Source: an uncultured Armatimonadetes bacterium
Lineage (GTDB): Bacteria > Armatimonadota > Hebobacteria > Hebobacterales > Hebobacteraceae
DNA length: 64,000 nucleotides
Assembly (NCBI GenBank): GCA_963716175.1
Contig: OY970296.1
Span: forward strand, 3,168,001-3,232,000
Reading direction: 5' to 3'
The notes below the pieces were generated by a model that was given only the letters and a program-made list of their open reading frames with translations, had not been told where the DNA came from and did not search any database. This document shows positions 52,710 to 62,475 of this stretch, in pieces. The stretch's first letter is position 1, and each line of letters begins with the position of its first letter. Made by a program: the position numbers and the translations under genes.

Positions 52710-53345
52710 TCATCGCTGATACCGTTCATAGGGGTCCCACTCTTCGACGCTGCCATAGGTCTTCGAGCCCGGCGGCATGACGGGAGGATCCCCGGGCCGC
52801 CGCAGCACGATCACCTCAACCTCTTCCGCCGCCGGCGCCTCCTCAGAGACCGCCACCACCGCGTCAACCGCCGCCGTCATGCCCGCAGGCTGCGCACCCC
52901 GCCCCGGTGCCCGCGCCCTGGCGATGGCCTCGGCTTCCCCCTCATCGGGCTCGGCCCGGGCCACCACGATGGGCGGTGCCGGTTTCGGACGCAACTGCTT
53001 GGCCGCCGACGCCAGCGCCGACCAAGCATCGCTCCGCGGAAAGTGCCGCAGAAGCCCCTGCACGGCGACTTTCCAGCCAGAGGCGTCCTGGCAGAGGATG
53101 GCCCTCAAGGTCCTCACCACGTCGTCACGCAGAGGCTCCAGCGCACCTTCTGCCGGCAAGGCCGCGACCGCCGCCAGTAACGGCTCCGGCCAGTTCTCTG
53201 TAGTGGTGTCCGCCAGTGCCGACTTGGCTCTTTCGTAGCCGAGAAAGTCGAACACCAGGTCCGCTCCGTCTAAGAGTGACGGCAGCGCCCACCGCCGCAC
53301 CAGCCGCCCCGCCCTTTCCAGTAGGCTCAGCATAGCCTTACTCAT
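52710..53345 (-). CDS. Hypothetical protein of the element
   Basis: Start overlaps the upstream gene end; ~211 aa, Ala/Pro-rich C-terminus. Confidence 0.55.
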   Translation of the reverse strand: MSKAMLSLLERAGRLVRRWALPSLLDGADLVFDFLGYERAKSALADTTTENWPEPLLAAVAALPAEGALEPLRDDVVRTLRAILCQDASGWKVAVQGLLRHFPRSDAWSALASAAKQLRPKPAPPIVVARAEPDEGEAEAIARARAPGRGAQPAGMTAAVDAVVAVSEEAPAAEEVEVIVLRRPGDPPVMPPGSKTYGSVEEWDPYERYQR

Positions 53346-53775
53346 GCGCCGCCTCCAGCGCCGCCACCAGCCTTTCCAGTTCGACCAGCCGCTCCTCGAC
53401 CTCAACACCCCGCCTCACGGCCAAGGCCATCTGCGCGATGCTGGCGCAATCCCGCGCCCTGCCGGATGCCAGCTCGCCCCGAAGGACGGCCCGGGCCAGC
53501 GACTCAAAGAACCCGCGCACGGCCTCACCCGAAGAGAAGTCTATCTGCCCCACCAGCAGCTTCCGCCGTTCCGCCACCACGCGGCCCCCCTGGGCCTGAG
53601 CCTGCCGGCGCTTGTCCGCCAGCCGCTCTGAGTGCGCGAAGCACATGCCGCTGCCATCTGCCAGGGGTATGCCCCGACACCGCTTCCCTGCCCGTGTAGT
53701 GGCTGAGCAGAACTGCCCAGCCGTCTCTGACCCGATCACGCCGCGCTCATTGTCCCTGTGAGTCTCAGAGGCCAC
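53338..53775 (-). CDS. Phage-type protein with C-x9-C..CxxH motif (possibly TerS-like)
   Basis: CSATTRAGKRCRGIPLADGSGMCFAH, then helical C-terminus; AGGAGG RBS. Confidence 0.65.
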   Translation of the reverse strand: MASETHRDNERGVIGSETAGQFCSATTRAGKRCRGIPLADGSGMCFAHSERLADKRRQAQAQGGRVVAERRKLLVGQIDFSSGEAVRGFFESLARAVLRGELASGRARDCASIAQMALAVRRGVEVEERLVELERLVAALEAAHE

Positions 53776-53930
53776 TGTGGCCCTCCTGGTGCGTCCTGCG
53801 TGTTTTCACCTGACACCCATGTAAAGCGTGCTTGAACAGCCGCCCCCTACATGGGCCGCCGCCCAGCCAGGCCGCGGCCTGGCGCCACCCAAAGCAAGCA
53901 AGTACACGGTTCACTGAATCTCACTCTGCC

Positions 53931-54713
53931 TCACCACTTCACCCTGCCGCCCTTGTCCCCGAACTCTTCGGCCGCGGCTGGCGCTCCACGAGGTGGCCAG
54001 TATGGTTGCTTCTTATCGTCATCGCTCATCCGTGCGTCGCGGAAGTCCCTGCGCGGTGGCGGCCAGTTGCCCTTGATGGATGCCACCAGCACTCGGATCG
54101 GGTCATCGGCCGTCCGCTGTGGGAGCAGTTCGATCTGCGCCTCGATGACCTCGATGCCGAAGTCCTGCACCAGCTTTGCGGCCTGGCTTTTCCCCACGCC
54201 TTGACTTACCAACCGGGAAACAGCAGCAGCGCGCTCTGCTGCTCCCCCCTCTGAAATGTCTTTCTCTGAAGAGGGGGGGGTGTCGTTTTTGTTGTCACTT
54301 TGCCCGTGAGTGACAACACCCACGTTGTCACTAGTGACAACACCAGTGTTGTCAGTTGGCTGGTCCGAAGTGACAACACCCACGTTGTCAGTTGGCCGCC
54401 ATGCCGGGTTCAGATCGTGGCTCGAAGTAGCGCCTCGCCGGCGCATGATTTTGAGGTGTCCCCGCTGCTCGAGGTGGCGGATGGCCCGGGACACGATCCG
54501 CTTGCCGACCTGCACCTCCAGGCCGAGTTTCTGGGCGATCGTCCGGGTTCGAATCTTGGCGGGGATGAGGGCGCCACTCGCCTTGTCCTTCCGGCTGTGT
54601 CGGGCCAGCACGCAGAACACCCGGAGATCCCAGGCCGTCAGTAGCAGGTCGGAGATCACGCGCTCGGGCACTTGCGCAAACCTCGCTCGTGGGGTATCAT
54701 CTGGTCGCCGCAC
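53931..54713 (-). CDS. Putative replication initiator (winged HTH with internal iterons)
   Basis: FAQVP..DLRVFCVLAR..VSRAIRHLEQRGHL; repeated DNVGVVT linker. Confidence 0.7.
   Translation of the reverse strand: MRRPDDTPRARFAQVPERVISDLLLTAWDLRVFCVLARHSRKDKASGALIPAKIRTRTIAQKLGLEVQVGKRIVSRAIRHLEQRGHLKIMRRRGATSSHDLNPAWRPTDNVGVVTSDQPTDNTGVVTSDNVGVVTHGQSDNKNDTPPSSEKDISEGGAAERAAAVSRLVSQGVGKSQAAKLVQDFGIEVIEAQIELLPQRTADDPIRVLVASIKGNWPPPRRDFRDARMSDDDKKQPYWPPRGAPAAAEEFGDKGGRVKW
54291..54390. repeat. Palindromic iteron-like repeats (putative origin)
   Basis: TGACAAC-N6-GTTGTCA at 54311, 54335 and 54371, plus a half site at 54291. Confidence 0.75.
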
Positions 54714-54917
54714 TCTCCAGCTCCTGGGTGCGGCATGAACCGGCCTGGCAGGGCCGGTTTTCTTCTGGCCATCGCAGCGCGCCGCCCGGGCCTCGGGCTC
54801 GGCGGAGACGCCACGCGCGCACCTCGCTGAGATGCTTCCCGTGGGCAAACGGATCTACGTGGCGCATCCGGGGCGAGTGGGGCAAGACGCAGCCGGCGTG
54901 TGTATGGTAGCGGCCGG

Positions 54918-56183
54918 TCATGGCGCCCCCTCCTGCACCGCCACCTGCCTGGCCTGCTCCGCCTCGCGGATGCGCGCCTCGGCCGTCGCCATCGCCACCG
55001 GGTCGATCTCTATCCCCACGAAGTCCCGGCCCAGCTCGACCGCGGCCACGCCGGTTGTGCCGCCGCCGAGGAAGGGATCGCACACCAGGTCCCCAGGCGA
55101 AGTCAGCCGGCCGATGTAGTACCGGGCACAGCCGATGCTCTGCTGCCAGGGGTGCGCGTCCTTCTGGACGTGCTCGCTCACATAGACGTTCTCGAACCAC
55201 GCCCGTGGCCCGGTGAAGTCGTGCCGCACGAAGAAGAGAAGCGGCTTGCTTCTCGTCCAGATACACATGGTGAAGAGGCGGCCCTCGGCGCCCGGCAGGA
55301 AGATGCTGCCCGAGCACCAGAAACGGAGCTGCTGCCGTAGGCCGTCGAACGCCGCTGGCAGGCAGATGTTCCCCGAGTATGCGATCAGCATACCGTCGGA
55401 CTTGAGGACGCGCGCCGCGAACTCGCTCAGTGCCGGCCAGAGGTGTTCGGCCTGCTTGAGATAGGGCGGATCGGTAAAGAGCAAGTCAACCGAGGCGTCG
55501 GCGATCTCCGCGCCTCGCTCGCGCATATCGCCCAGCAGTAGCGTCGCCGTGCCGATGGTGGCGTCGGCCTCGGCCGCGCCGTTCGCAGAGTAGCCGTCTC
55601 TGCGGGCCAGTTTCTCCAGGCCGCGGGCGTCGAGGACCCGATGGGGCAGATCCCCACCGAAGCTGGCCAGGGCCTTCAGCGCGCGGTCGCGCTCCAGGCG
55701 GTTCTTGGCGATCACTGCTGGCCGCGACGGACGGTACAGCTTACCGTCCCGGCCAAGCACCTCCCCAGGTGTATGATTCTGAACACCTGAAAGGTCGGCG
55801 GCCACGGTGCCCAGGCTCATGCCCACCAGCTCGGCGATGCGGCGAAGGCTCAGGCCGCGGCCGCGCAGTTCGCCGCAGAGTGCGCCCCTCTGCTCCTTGC
55901 TCAACTGGCGGCGAGCGAGGTTCAGCGTCAGCACGTGCTCAAGCTTCTGGCCTTCGGTCAGGCCAGGGCGAACGATCGTGGGGTAGTCCGTGATGCCGAG
56001 TTCGGCGCAGATGGCAAGCCGGGTGTGGCCGTCGAGTACCTGCCCTTTCTCGTCGAGTTCTATCGGGACAAGCACGCCCTCCCAGGCGATGGAAGCCTTG
56101 AGCGCGGCGCGCCGGTCGGTGGCCAAGGGTAGAAACAAATCGGCGAACCTACCGGGCCGCACTTCGGGCTTGGGCGCGCTCAT
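54918..56183 (-). CDS. ParB-like domain + HTH + N6/N4 DNA methyltransferase fusion
   Basis: VLDGHTRL ParB motif; TDPPY motif IV before DPFLGGGTT motif I (beta order). Confidence 0.9.
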   Translation of the reverse strand: MSAPKPEVRPGRFADLFLPLATDRRAALKASIAWEGVLVPIELDEKGQVLDGHTRLAICAELGITDYPTIVRPGLTEGQKLEHVLTLNLARRQLSKEQRGALCGELRGRGLSLRRIAELVGMSLGTVAADLSGVQNHTPGEVLGRDGKLYRPSRPAVIAKNRLERDRALKALASFGGDLPHRVLDARGLEKLARRDGYSANGAAEADATIGTATLLLGDMRERGAEIADASVDLLFTDPPYLKQAEHLWPALSEFAARVLKSDGMLIAYSGNICLPAAFDGLRQQLRFWCSGSIFLPGAEGRLFTMCIWTRSKPLLFFVRHDFTGPRAWFENVYVSEHVQKDAHPWQQSIGCARYYIGRLTSPGDLVCDPFLGGGTTGVAAVELGRDFVGIEIDPVAMATAEARIREAEQARQVAVQEGAP

Positions 56184-56410
56184 CGCGCCCGCCCCTCCGC
56201 CAGCGCGGCGATCGCCTGCTCACAGCGCCGCACCGCTTCTTCCGGCGTCATCCCCACGGGCAAGCGCTGGCGGAACGTGAAGGTCGGGCCCTTGCGCTCG
56301 GCCTTCTGCTTTCGTTGGTCTTCGGTTTTCGCGCCGATCATCCGCACGTGTCTCCCCAAACAGAACGCGAGCCCGCTCGGTTCTCCGAGCTGTGGGCTCG
56401 CGTCGGCCAC
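56180..56410 (-). CDS. Small hypothetical protein
   Basis: Stop overlaps the MTase start (ATGA); start uncertain. Confidence 0.4.
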   Translation of the reverse strand: MADASPQLGEPSGLAFCLGRHVRMIGAKTEDQRKQKAERKGPTFTFRQRLPVGMTPEEAVRRCEQAIAALAEGRAR

Positions 56411-56573
56411 CGCGAGGCGGTCTGGGTTATGTCAACGGGCTTGCGCCCGGTCTTCGCTGGGCAGGCCAGCCGCTAGGACAGCCGACCTGCCCATGAGACT
56501 GCACTCGTTCCAACTGCGAACTCGCCGCGCCCTGTGGGCGCACGTCAAGCCGCGCACCGCGCGGCAGGGGGTG

Positions 56574-57113
56574 TCACCCTTCAGCTAGCAACCAGCGCCA
56601 TCGCGCGCACACGGTCTCCGCGATTTTCTGATCGCCCTCGCCGAGTCTCACGCCCGCGCGCTCGGCCAGGAACTCGGGCGTCAACGCCGCCGCCACTCGC
56701 GCCTGATGTTCAAGCAGCAGACGATGACGCTCAGCCCTGCCGGCAAGCTCGGCGGCGACTTCGTCGGCATCTTCCTGCCAGGCCCACGTTACGCCGGGGT
56801 AACCCTCCGCGAGGAACTCTGCCGCGGCCCGATCCAGCCGCGCCGTCATCTGTGCCGCCATGAGCTTCATGGCCTCGGCCTCGGCGCGGTCGCGCTCCTC
56901 CTCGGCCACGAGTGCGGTGACTTCCTCGCCCAGGACGAGGCGCAGGGTGCGCGCGTACGTCATGAGGCGGCGGGTCCCGGTGTCGCGAACAAGGTCCGAC
57001 AGTATGGCAGGGTGAACCCTCGCCCGCCGCGCTGCCTCGTTCAAGCTGAATCCGGCCCGTTCTATGAGCTGGCCCAGCCGCTTACCCCGGGAAGGGGTTT
57101 CAGGTGTTCCCAT
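56574..57113 (-). CDS. XRE/Cro-like HTH protein
   Basis: LGQLIERAGFSLNEAARRARVHPAILSDLV helix-turn-helix. Confidence 0.65.
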   Translation of the reverse strand: MGTPETPSRGKRLGQLIERAGFSLNEAARRARVHPAILSDLVRDTGTRRLMTYARTLRLVLGEEVTALVAEEERDRAEAEAMKLMAAQMTARLDRAAAEFLAEGYPGVTWAWQEDADEVAAELAGRAERHRLLLEHQARVAAALTPEFLAERAGVRLGEGDQKIAETVCARWRWLLAEG

Positions 57114-57162
57114 GTTTCTCTCCGTTTCATCACAGCCGACTGTATGCCCCATAACACGGCTC

Positions 57163-57191
57163 AGTATACCACATCGGGGCTGGCCTGTCTA
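57163..57191 (-). promoter_or_regulatory. Sigma70 promoter driving the element's operon
   Basis: TAGACA-17 bp-TATACT with TG extension on the minus strand. Confidence 0.6.
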
Positions 57192-57193
57192 TA

Positions 57194-57211
57194 GCGATTT
57201 TGCCCCTCCGG
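57194..57211 (+). repeat. Candidate att site (right)
   Basis: GCGATTTTGCCCCTCCGG; shares the 11-bp core TTTTGCCCCTC with 48934-48951. Confidence 0.5.
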
Positions 57212-57544
57212 CCAGGTTTTTTTCGCGCCCCCGCCCGGGCCAAAGAGAAGGACCCCGCACCCGAGGGCGCGAGGTCCGGTCCGCCCGATCAGGTTGTCAG
57301 CCGCTCACGCCGCCCAGCGCCCGACCGCCCTCAGGCCCACAAGGTCGCACCGCTTCTCACAGAGCCGCAGGACGCTCCTGGTGGACTCGCAATCTGAGCG
57401 GGGGCTTCTTCAAGCGGGTCTTGTAGGGCGGGCATGTCTGTGCATGCCCGCCGGCCTCTCTCTCCTCCGCCTCGCCGGGGAGGTGGGCGAGCGACGACAG
57501 CGAACACAGTTGGCCGTAGTCCACTACATCGCAAGGAGACTCCA

Positions 57545-59812
57545 ATGGCCGATACTTCGCCCTCAGTCTGGCCCATCCCCCAAGAGATGAAGCTGCGCGA
57601 GGACGCGCTCGCGCTCAGCCGCGCCGTGCTCGTCGTTCCTCCGCAGGCCAGGGAGGCTGACCTGGGGCCGACGCATCTCTTCGCCGATATGGTGGCCGAT
57701 GACTTCGGCCTGGTGGTGCCAGTGGTGCGCGGCGAGGCGCCGGCCGGCAAGCTGCCCATTCGCATTCGCGTCGCCGGCCAGCGCGGCGGAGGGCGGACGC
57801 CGCGGCATCTCCCCGGCGCCGAGGGTTATCTGCTGCGCATCACCGCGGATGGCGCGGAGGCCGTAGGCCGGGACCGGCGCGGCGCGCAGTACGCAGCGGC
57901 CACCATGCTCCAGCTCGCCCAGCGGCAGGGTGGGGAAGCGGTGCTGCGCGGGGCCGAGATTCGGGATTGGCCCTACAAGCCGGTGCGCATGGTGCACCTC
58001 TATCTGCCCGGCACCGAGCATCTGGGTTACGCCCGGCGCTATCTGCGCGACTTCCTCCTGCGCTACAAGTATAACGGTCTCTTCCTGGAGCTGGGCGGGG
58101 GGGTGAGGCTGCGCAACCGGCCCGAGATCGCCCAGGGATGGCGGCGCTTCGTCGAGGAGCTGCGCGCTATCGGCGACACCGGGCCCATCTATGGCGAGCA
58201 CTGCCCGCTGGGGCCTGGTGGGCGATTTGCCGCCTCCGTGCACACCCATCTCGCGGACGGGCGCTACCTGGAGCCCGGCGACCTGCGCCTGATCAGCGAC
58301 TGGGCGCGAGCATACGACCTCGACCTGGTCCCGGAGATCCAGTCCCTTGCCCACGCCTACTACCTGGCTTGCACCTATCCCGAGATCGCGGAACTGAAAG
58401 AGGCCGATTTCCCAGATACCTACTGCCCCTGCAACCCGAAATCGTATGAGATCCTGTTCGATGTCATGGCCGCCTACATCGAGCTGACGCAGTGCCGCAG
58501 CCTGCACATCGGGCACGATGAGTGGCGCGCCGCCGGCCTCTGCCCGGAATGCCGTCAGAAGGACACCGGCGTGCTGTTCGGCGAGGACGTGGTCAAGATC
58601 GCCTCCTGGCTGGCTGAGCGAGAGATCGGCGTCTGGATGTGGGGCGACCACTTGGTGCCCAAGCACAATGCCCGCGCGCGCAGCCATCGCAGTGCCAAGG
58701 TGTGGTACGACCATCCCGACACCCAGGCTGCGGCCGAGATCGTGCGCCGCGGGGCCCCGCAGATCACCATGCTGAACTGGTCCTGGTACCTGGGCGCAGA
58801 GGACGGCGACCGCGTGCTCGCCGACCTGGGGTTCAAGCAGATCTACGGGAATTTCCATGCCCGCGGTTTCCCCGACTGGCCCGGCCGCAGCGCGCATCCC
58901 AGCGTGCTCGGGGCGGAAGTCTCCTCCTGGTGTGCCTGGGACGATTTCGAGCTGGGCATGATCCACTACCCGGACGCCGTTCACTCTGCCAACGCCATGT
59001 GGTCTCAGCATTGGCCCGCGGCCGGCGAAGTGGAGAGGATCGTGGCCCAGCAACTGCCCAAGCTGCGGGACCGGATGCGGCGCGGCTGGGAGAAGCCGCG
59101 ACTGCTGTCAGAGGCCACCCCGCGAAAGCGCAAGCAGATCATCTCCATTCGCCAGGCCTGCAACGCTCTGTCGAGAACGGAAGACTGGGACCTGAGCGGC
59201 CTTCGCTTCGGCCCCCAGGAGTCGGACGGCCTCGCCTATGAGCTGCTCGATCCGGCCGCGAATCAGGGGTGCGTGGGCGTAGTGGTGGAGCGGCTGCAGA
59301 AGCCCGAGACTCAGTATCCGCAGGCCTCAAAGGCGATTCGCATTGGCGGCAAGTACGCGAGCCTGATCTTCTGGCAGGTGGCAACCGCTGCCGGCGGGAG
59401 ACCCGCCCACGCTGGAGATGGCACCAATCACCCTCGCGAGGCAGCCGAGCTGCTGGGCTGGTATGAGATCAGATTCGCCGATGGCCTGACCCGGCAGGCC
59501 GAGGTCCGCTATCACGAGAACGTGGGCGCCTGGGATGAGGGCCACGTGTTGCTGTACTACGCCAGGGAAGTGGAGTCCGGCCGCCTGCCCGAGGGCAAGC
59601 CGCTGGTGATCTGGGGCCTGGAGTGGACGAACCCGCGGCCGGAGGTCGAGATCGAGTCAGTAACCCTGCACGGCGCCAGGACCATGCCTGAGCGTGGGGA
59701 GGGGCACTTCTCCGGGGCGCGGCCCATGCTGCTGGGGATCACCGCAATCGAGGCCCTCAAGTGGGAGGACTACCGCCCGGGGAAGGAGGGGAAGCTGCCG
59801 GGGGTGCCCTAG
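57545..59812 (+). CDS. GH20-like beta-N-acetylhexosaminidase
   Basis: AEGYLLRI, IRDWP, PEIQSLAH, HIGHDE catalytic motif, MWGD. Confidence 0.85.
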   Translation: MADTSPSVWPIPQEMKLREDALALSRAVLVVPPQAREADLGPTHLFADMVADDFGLVVPVVRGEAPAGKLPIRIRVAGQRGGGRTPRHLPGAEGYLLRITADGAEAVGRDRRGAQYAAATMLQLAQRQGGEAVLRGAEIRDWPYKPVRMVHLYLPGTEHLGYARRYLRDFLLRYKYNGLFLELGGGVRLRNRPEIAQGWRRFVEELRAIGDTGPIYGEHCPLGPGGRFAASVHTHLADGRYLEPGDLRLISDWARAYDLDLVPEIQSLAHAYYLACTYPEIAELKEADFPDTYCPCNPKSYEILFDVMAAYIELTQCRSLHIGHDEWRAAGLCPECRQKDTGVLFGEDVVKIASWLAEREIGVWMWGDHLVPKHNARARSHRSAKVWYDHPDTQAAAEIVRRGAPQITMLNWSWYLGAEDGDRVLADLGFKQIYGNFHARGFPDWPGRSAHPSVLGAEVSSWCAWDDFELGMIHYPDAVHSANAMWSQHWPAAGEVERIVAQQLPKLRDRMRRGWEKPRLLSEATPRKRKQIISIRQACNALSRTEDWDLSGLRFGPQESDGLAYELLDPAANQGCVGVVVERLQKPETQYPQASKAIRIGGKYASLIFWQVATAAGGRPAHAGDGTNHPREAAELLGWYEIRFADGLTRQAEVRYHENVGAWDEGHVLLYYAREVESGRLPEGKPLVIWGLEWTNPRPEVEIESVTLHGARTMPERGEGHFSGARPMLLGITAIEALKWEDYRPGKEGKLPGVP

Positions 59813-60090
59813 GCGGAGCCGAAGGGCCGGCCCTGACTGGCCCTGGCGATGGGAAGGCGGCTGGCGCGCGTGGTAATCGCTATTGGTGTAGAGGGGCCGG
59901 GCTGGCCGCCTCAATCCGCTTCGCTATTGACCTGGAGGGGCCAGCCCGGCTCGTCCATTTCGGATTGTTCCGGCCTCCCTCAGGCCTGCCAGGGCATGCC
60001 CATGAGCCCTGACAAGTAACCGGTACTGCTATCTTTCTCCGGCAGCGCCTGCCTTATGCCTGCTTCTGTCACGGTCTTCAGACACCGCCC

Positions 60091-62220
60091 CTACCTGGTC
60101 AGGACAAACAGCTTCGCTTCTCGCTTGCTCCCGCGAAGCAGGCTGCGGCCATTATACTCGAGGTAGCTTCCGTCCAGCAAGAAGCACTTGACCGGCTCTC
60201 CGGCCGCGTTCAGGTGCAGCCAGGCAAAGGGCGCATCGGTCACGACCGGGTCCCCGTCGTCCACCGGCAGGCTCAGGCCGTTGGTCCAGCTTATGGAATC
60301 GGTCGAGCCGTCCGGCAGCCGCAGTTCGAGATGATGGACCTGACCCCAGCCGGTGCTGGAGGCGCGCTTGATGGCGAAGCTGGGCTTCTCGGTCCCCTGG
60401 AATGGCGCCAGCAGCACCGCCGAAGTGCTGCCGCCGCCTCCCCCGCTGGGATAGCGGAACTCCACTAATGGGGCCGGTATGGCATCGTGCCCATGTGAAC
60501 CCACCCATCCCCGCAGCGGCTCTCGACTGCCCTCGAAGCATTCCATCTCGGCCTTGCCCTCGAACGGGATGAGCTGGAGAAACAGGTTCACGCCCTCGTT
60601 TCGCGACCACCAGCTCAGCGTTTCCTCCTCCTTGGACCAGCCCTCCATGGGCCCCATCTGCCAGCAGTTGTGCACCGTCGCTTCACCATCGGCTTCCATG
60701 GTGTCGAGCGCGAGCAAGTACTCTCCCTTGACCCAGAACAGCACTCGCTCGTGGCTGCCGAAGACGCCCTTCCCGTGTCCGCGCTCGAAGCTCCAACCAT
60801 AGCTCCCGGGCCAGTACCCGCCCTGGTAGCTGGCGTGGATGAGCGCGGTCTCCGCGGTGAACTCGGTTCGCAGCAGTTGGGCGTCGGCCTCTGACTGGTT
60901 CCAGCCATTCAGGTTGAGCGTGCTGTGGGCAGGAGTGGACTTGCCATACGGCCCCAGGGGATCGCTCATCTCGTAGTTCAGGATCCCCGGGTCGGCAATC
61001 AGCTCCCGGCCTTTGGACCGGAACACGAAAGAGAGGCGGTTGAGATGGCAGTGCCCGCCTCCCCAGGTGCCGGCGTCGAAGGCCAGGTAGTCGGCGCCTG
61101 GCTGCCAGGCCGAACGCGCGAACACCTGGCCGGCGTCAGGGAATACCTGCTCGAGCGGCGGATAGTCACCGATTACTTGATCGGAAAGCAGGCGCCGCAG
61201 CACCTCTCTTCTGTGCTCGGCCCCGCGCAGGATTTCCGGGTCTCGGTGGCGCGAGCCGGAATCGTTGACCCCAAAGAGGTCGCTCTGCGCGCTGTAATCG
61301 AACGCCCCCACCAGCAGCGCGGGGTCAACGTGAGCATCGGCCTCCGGGAAGCGCTTCGCCAGGTCGTAGTAGTTGGCGGCCACGTTCGCCATCCAGTCGT
61401 GGTAGCTCGGCGTTCGCTCGACGTGCACGCCGTCGGGCAGAAACTGGGTGGCGAAGGCATTGCGCAGGCCCTCGACGCCGATGTCGAGCAGCTCCTGCGC
61501 GTTCTCGAGGAAGGGGAGACGCAAGGCCGTGAAGACCAGCGCGTCCAGCTCGGAAATCCGCCAGTTCGCCCTCGGCGTGAGGTGGCGAGAGAGAAACCGG
61601 GCCTGGCTGGAGATGGATACCATCATCGTCTTCAGGAACTCGTCATCGAAGGCCGGGCTGTCGAGGAAAACCGGCAGCACTCCGGCCCATCCCGAGGCCA
61701 CGCTCGTGCCCAGGCGGATACTCATGTTGAGGCTGCTGTCGCTGGGCCGGAACCGATCATATCCCGGGTTGCTGCGAATCCAATCCTCGATGTAGGCGCG
61801 CGCGGCCGTGGCGAAGCGCTCGTCATGAGTCGCCCGGTAGGCGCTCGCCAGTTGGCGCAGGTAGCCGAAGCGGTTGAGTTGAGCCGGCCATTCCTGGTGC
61901 TTGAGATGTCCGCCGCTCCAGTCTATGTCGCGCAGGCCCACCTTCACCGGCACCTCGCCGTAGAAGAAAACAGTGCCGCTCGCGATCTCCTCGGTCCTCC
62001 CCAGGTCTCCGCTTACCTCCGGAATCGCCTGCCCCGCAAAGCCCTGCAGAGCGCGATCTCGTTCCAATATCATCTCTCGCATGCTCATCTCCGCCATCTT
62101 TGGGTTGCCCGCGGCGGCCTGCGCCGCGACCGGCAGTAGCAGATACCACGTGAGTGCGAGCAAGACCTGGAGCATAGGGTGAGCTTTCACGGGAATCACC
62201 TCTCGTCCCCTCACTGCCAC
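60091..62220 (-). CDS. Heparinase II/III family polysaccharide lyase
   Basis: Signal peptide; NW, QFLPDGVHVERTPSYH, GHCHLNRLSF, DPG, AHSTL. Confidence 0.88.
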   Translation of the reverse strand: MAVRGREVIPVKAHPMLQVLLALTWYLLLPVAAQAAAGNPKMAEMSMREMILERDRALQGFAGQAIPEVSGDLGRTEEIASGTVFFYGEVPVKVGLRDIDWSGGHLKHQEWPAQLNRFGYLRQLASAYRATHDERFATAARAYIEDWIRSNPGYDRFRPSDSSLNMSIRLGTSVASGWAGVLPVFLDSPAFDDEFLKTMMVSISSQARFLSRHLTPRANWRISELDALVFTALRLPFLENAQELLDIGVEGLRNAFATQFLPDGVHVERTPSYHDWMANVAANYYDLAKRFPEADAHVDPALLVGAFDYSAQSDLFGVNDSGSRHRDPEILRGAEHRREVLRRLLSDQVIGDYPPLEQVFPDAGQVFARSAWQPGADYLAFDAGTWGGGHCHLNRLSFVFRSKGRELIADPGILNYEMSDPLGPYGKSTPAHSTLNLNGWNQSEADAQLLRTEFTAETALIHASYQGGYWPGSYGWSFERGHGKGVFGSHERVLFWVKGEYLLALDTMEADGEATVHNCWQMGPMEGWSKEEETLSWWSRNEGVNLFLQLIPFEGKAEMECFEGSREPLRGWVGSHGHDAIPAPLVEFRYPSGGGGGSTSAVLLAPFQGTEKPSFAIKRASSTGWGQVHHLELRLPDGSTDSISWTNGLSLPVDDGDPVVTDAPFAWLHLNAAGEPVKCFLLDGSYLEYNGRSLLRGSKREAKLFVLTR

Positions 62221-62475
62221 CAGTGGCCGCCTGGCAGTGGCGTGGGTTTGTCACGAGCCCGCCGGAGGCGGACAAGCGCAGCCAGGCGCAACCCGCTAAG
62301 GGGCGGAGCCCCTTCCCCTTCGCGCTGTGCGCCCACTCAGGTGCTTCCTAGAAGCTGTTTCATAACCCTCCCAGGGGAGGTTATGAAACAGCACTGCACA
62401 ACGTCAGGCCGTGGCAGGCGCATTTCATGCGAGGGCGTGGTGCGGCCAGCCAGCAGGTAGGTTATGAAATGCGCT

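Larger units (their letters stand above)
48934..57211 (-). mobile_element. ~8.3 kb integrated phage-satellite-like element
   Basis: Co-oriented serine integrase, HK97 capsid, Rep, ParB-MTase and HTH genes between host genes; bounded by a 16/18 direct repeat. Confidence 0.8.

Noticed and set aside
57395-57426. GFFKRVL* as the displaced 3' end of the epimerase (KLLKRLL*), marking attR
   Set aside because: DNA identity is low, and the stop overlaps a TGTAGGGCGGGCAT repeat also found at ~38968. The 16/18 repeat at 57194 is a better boundary.
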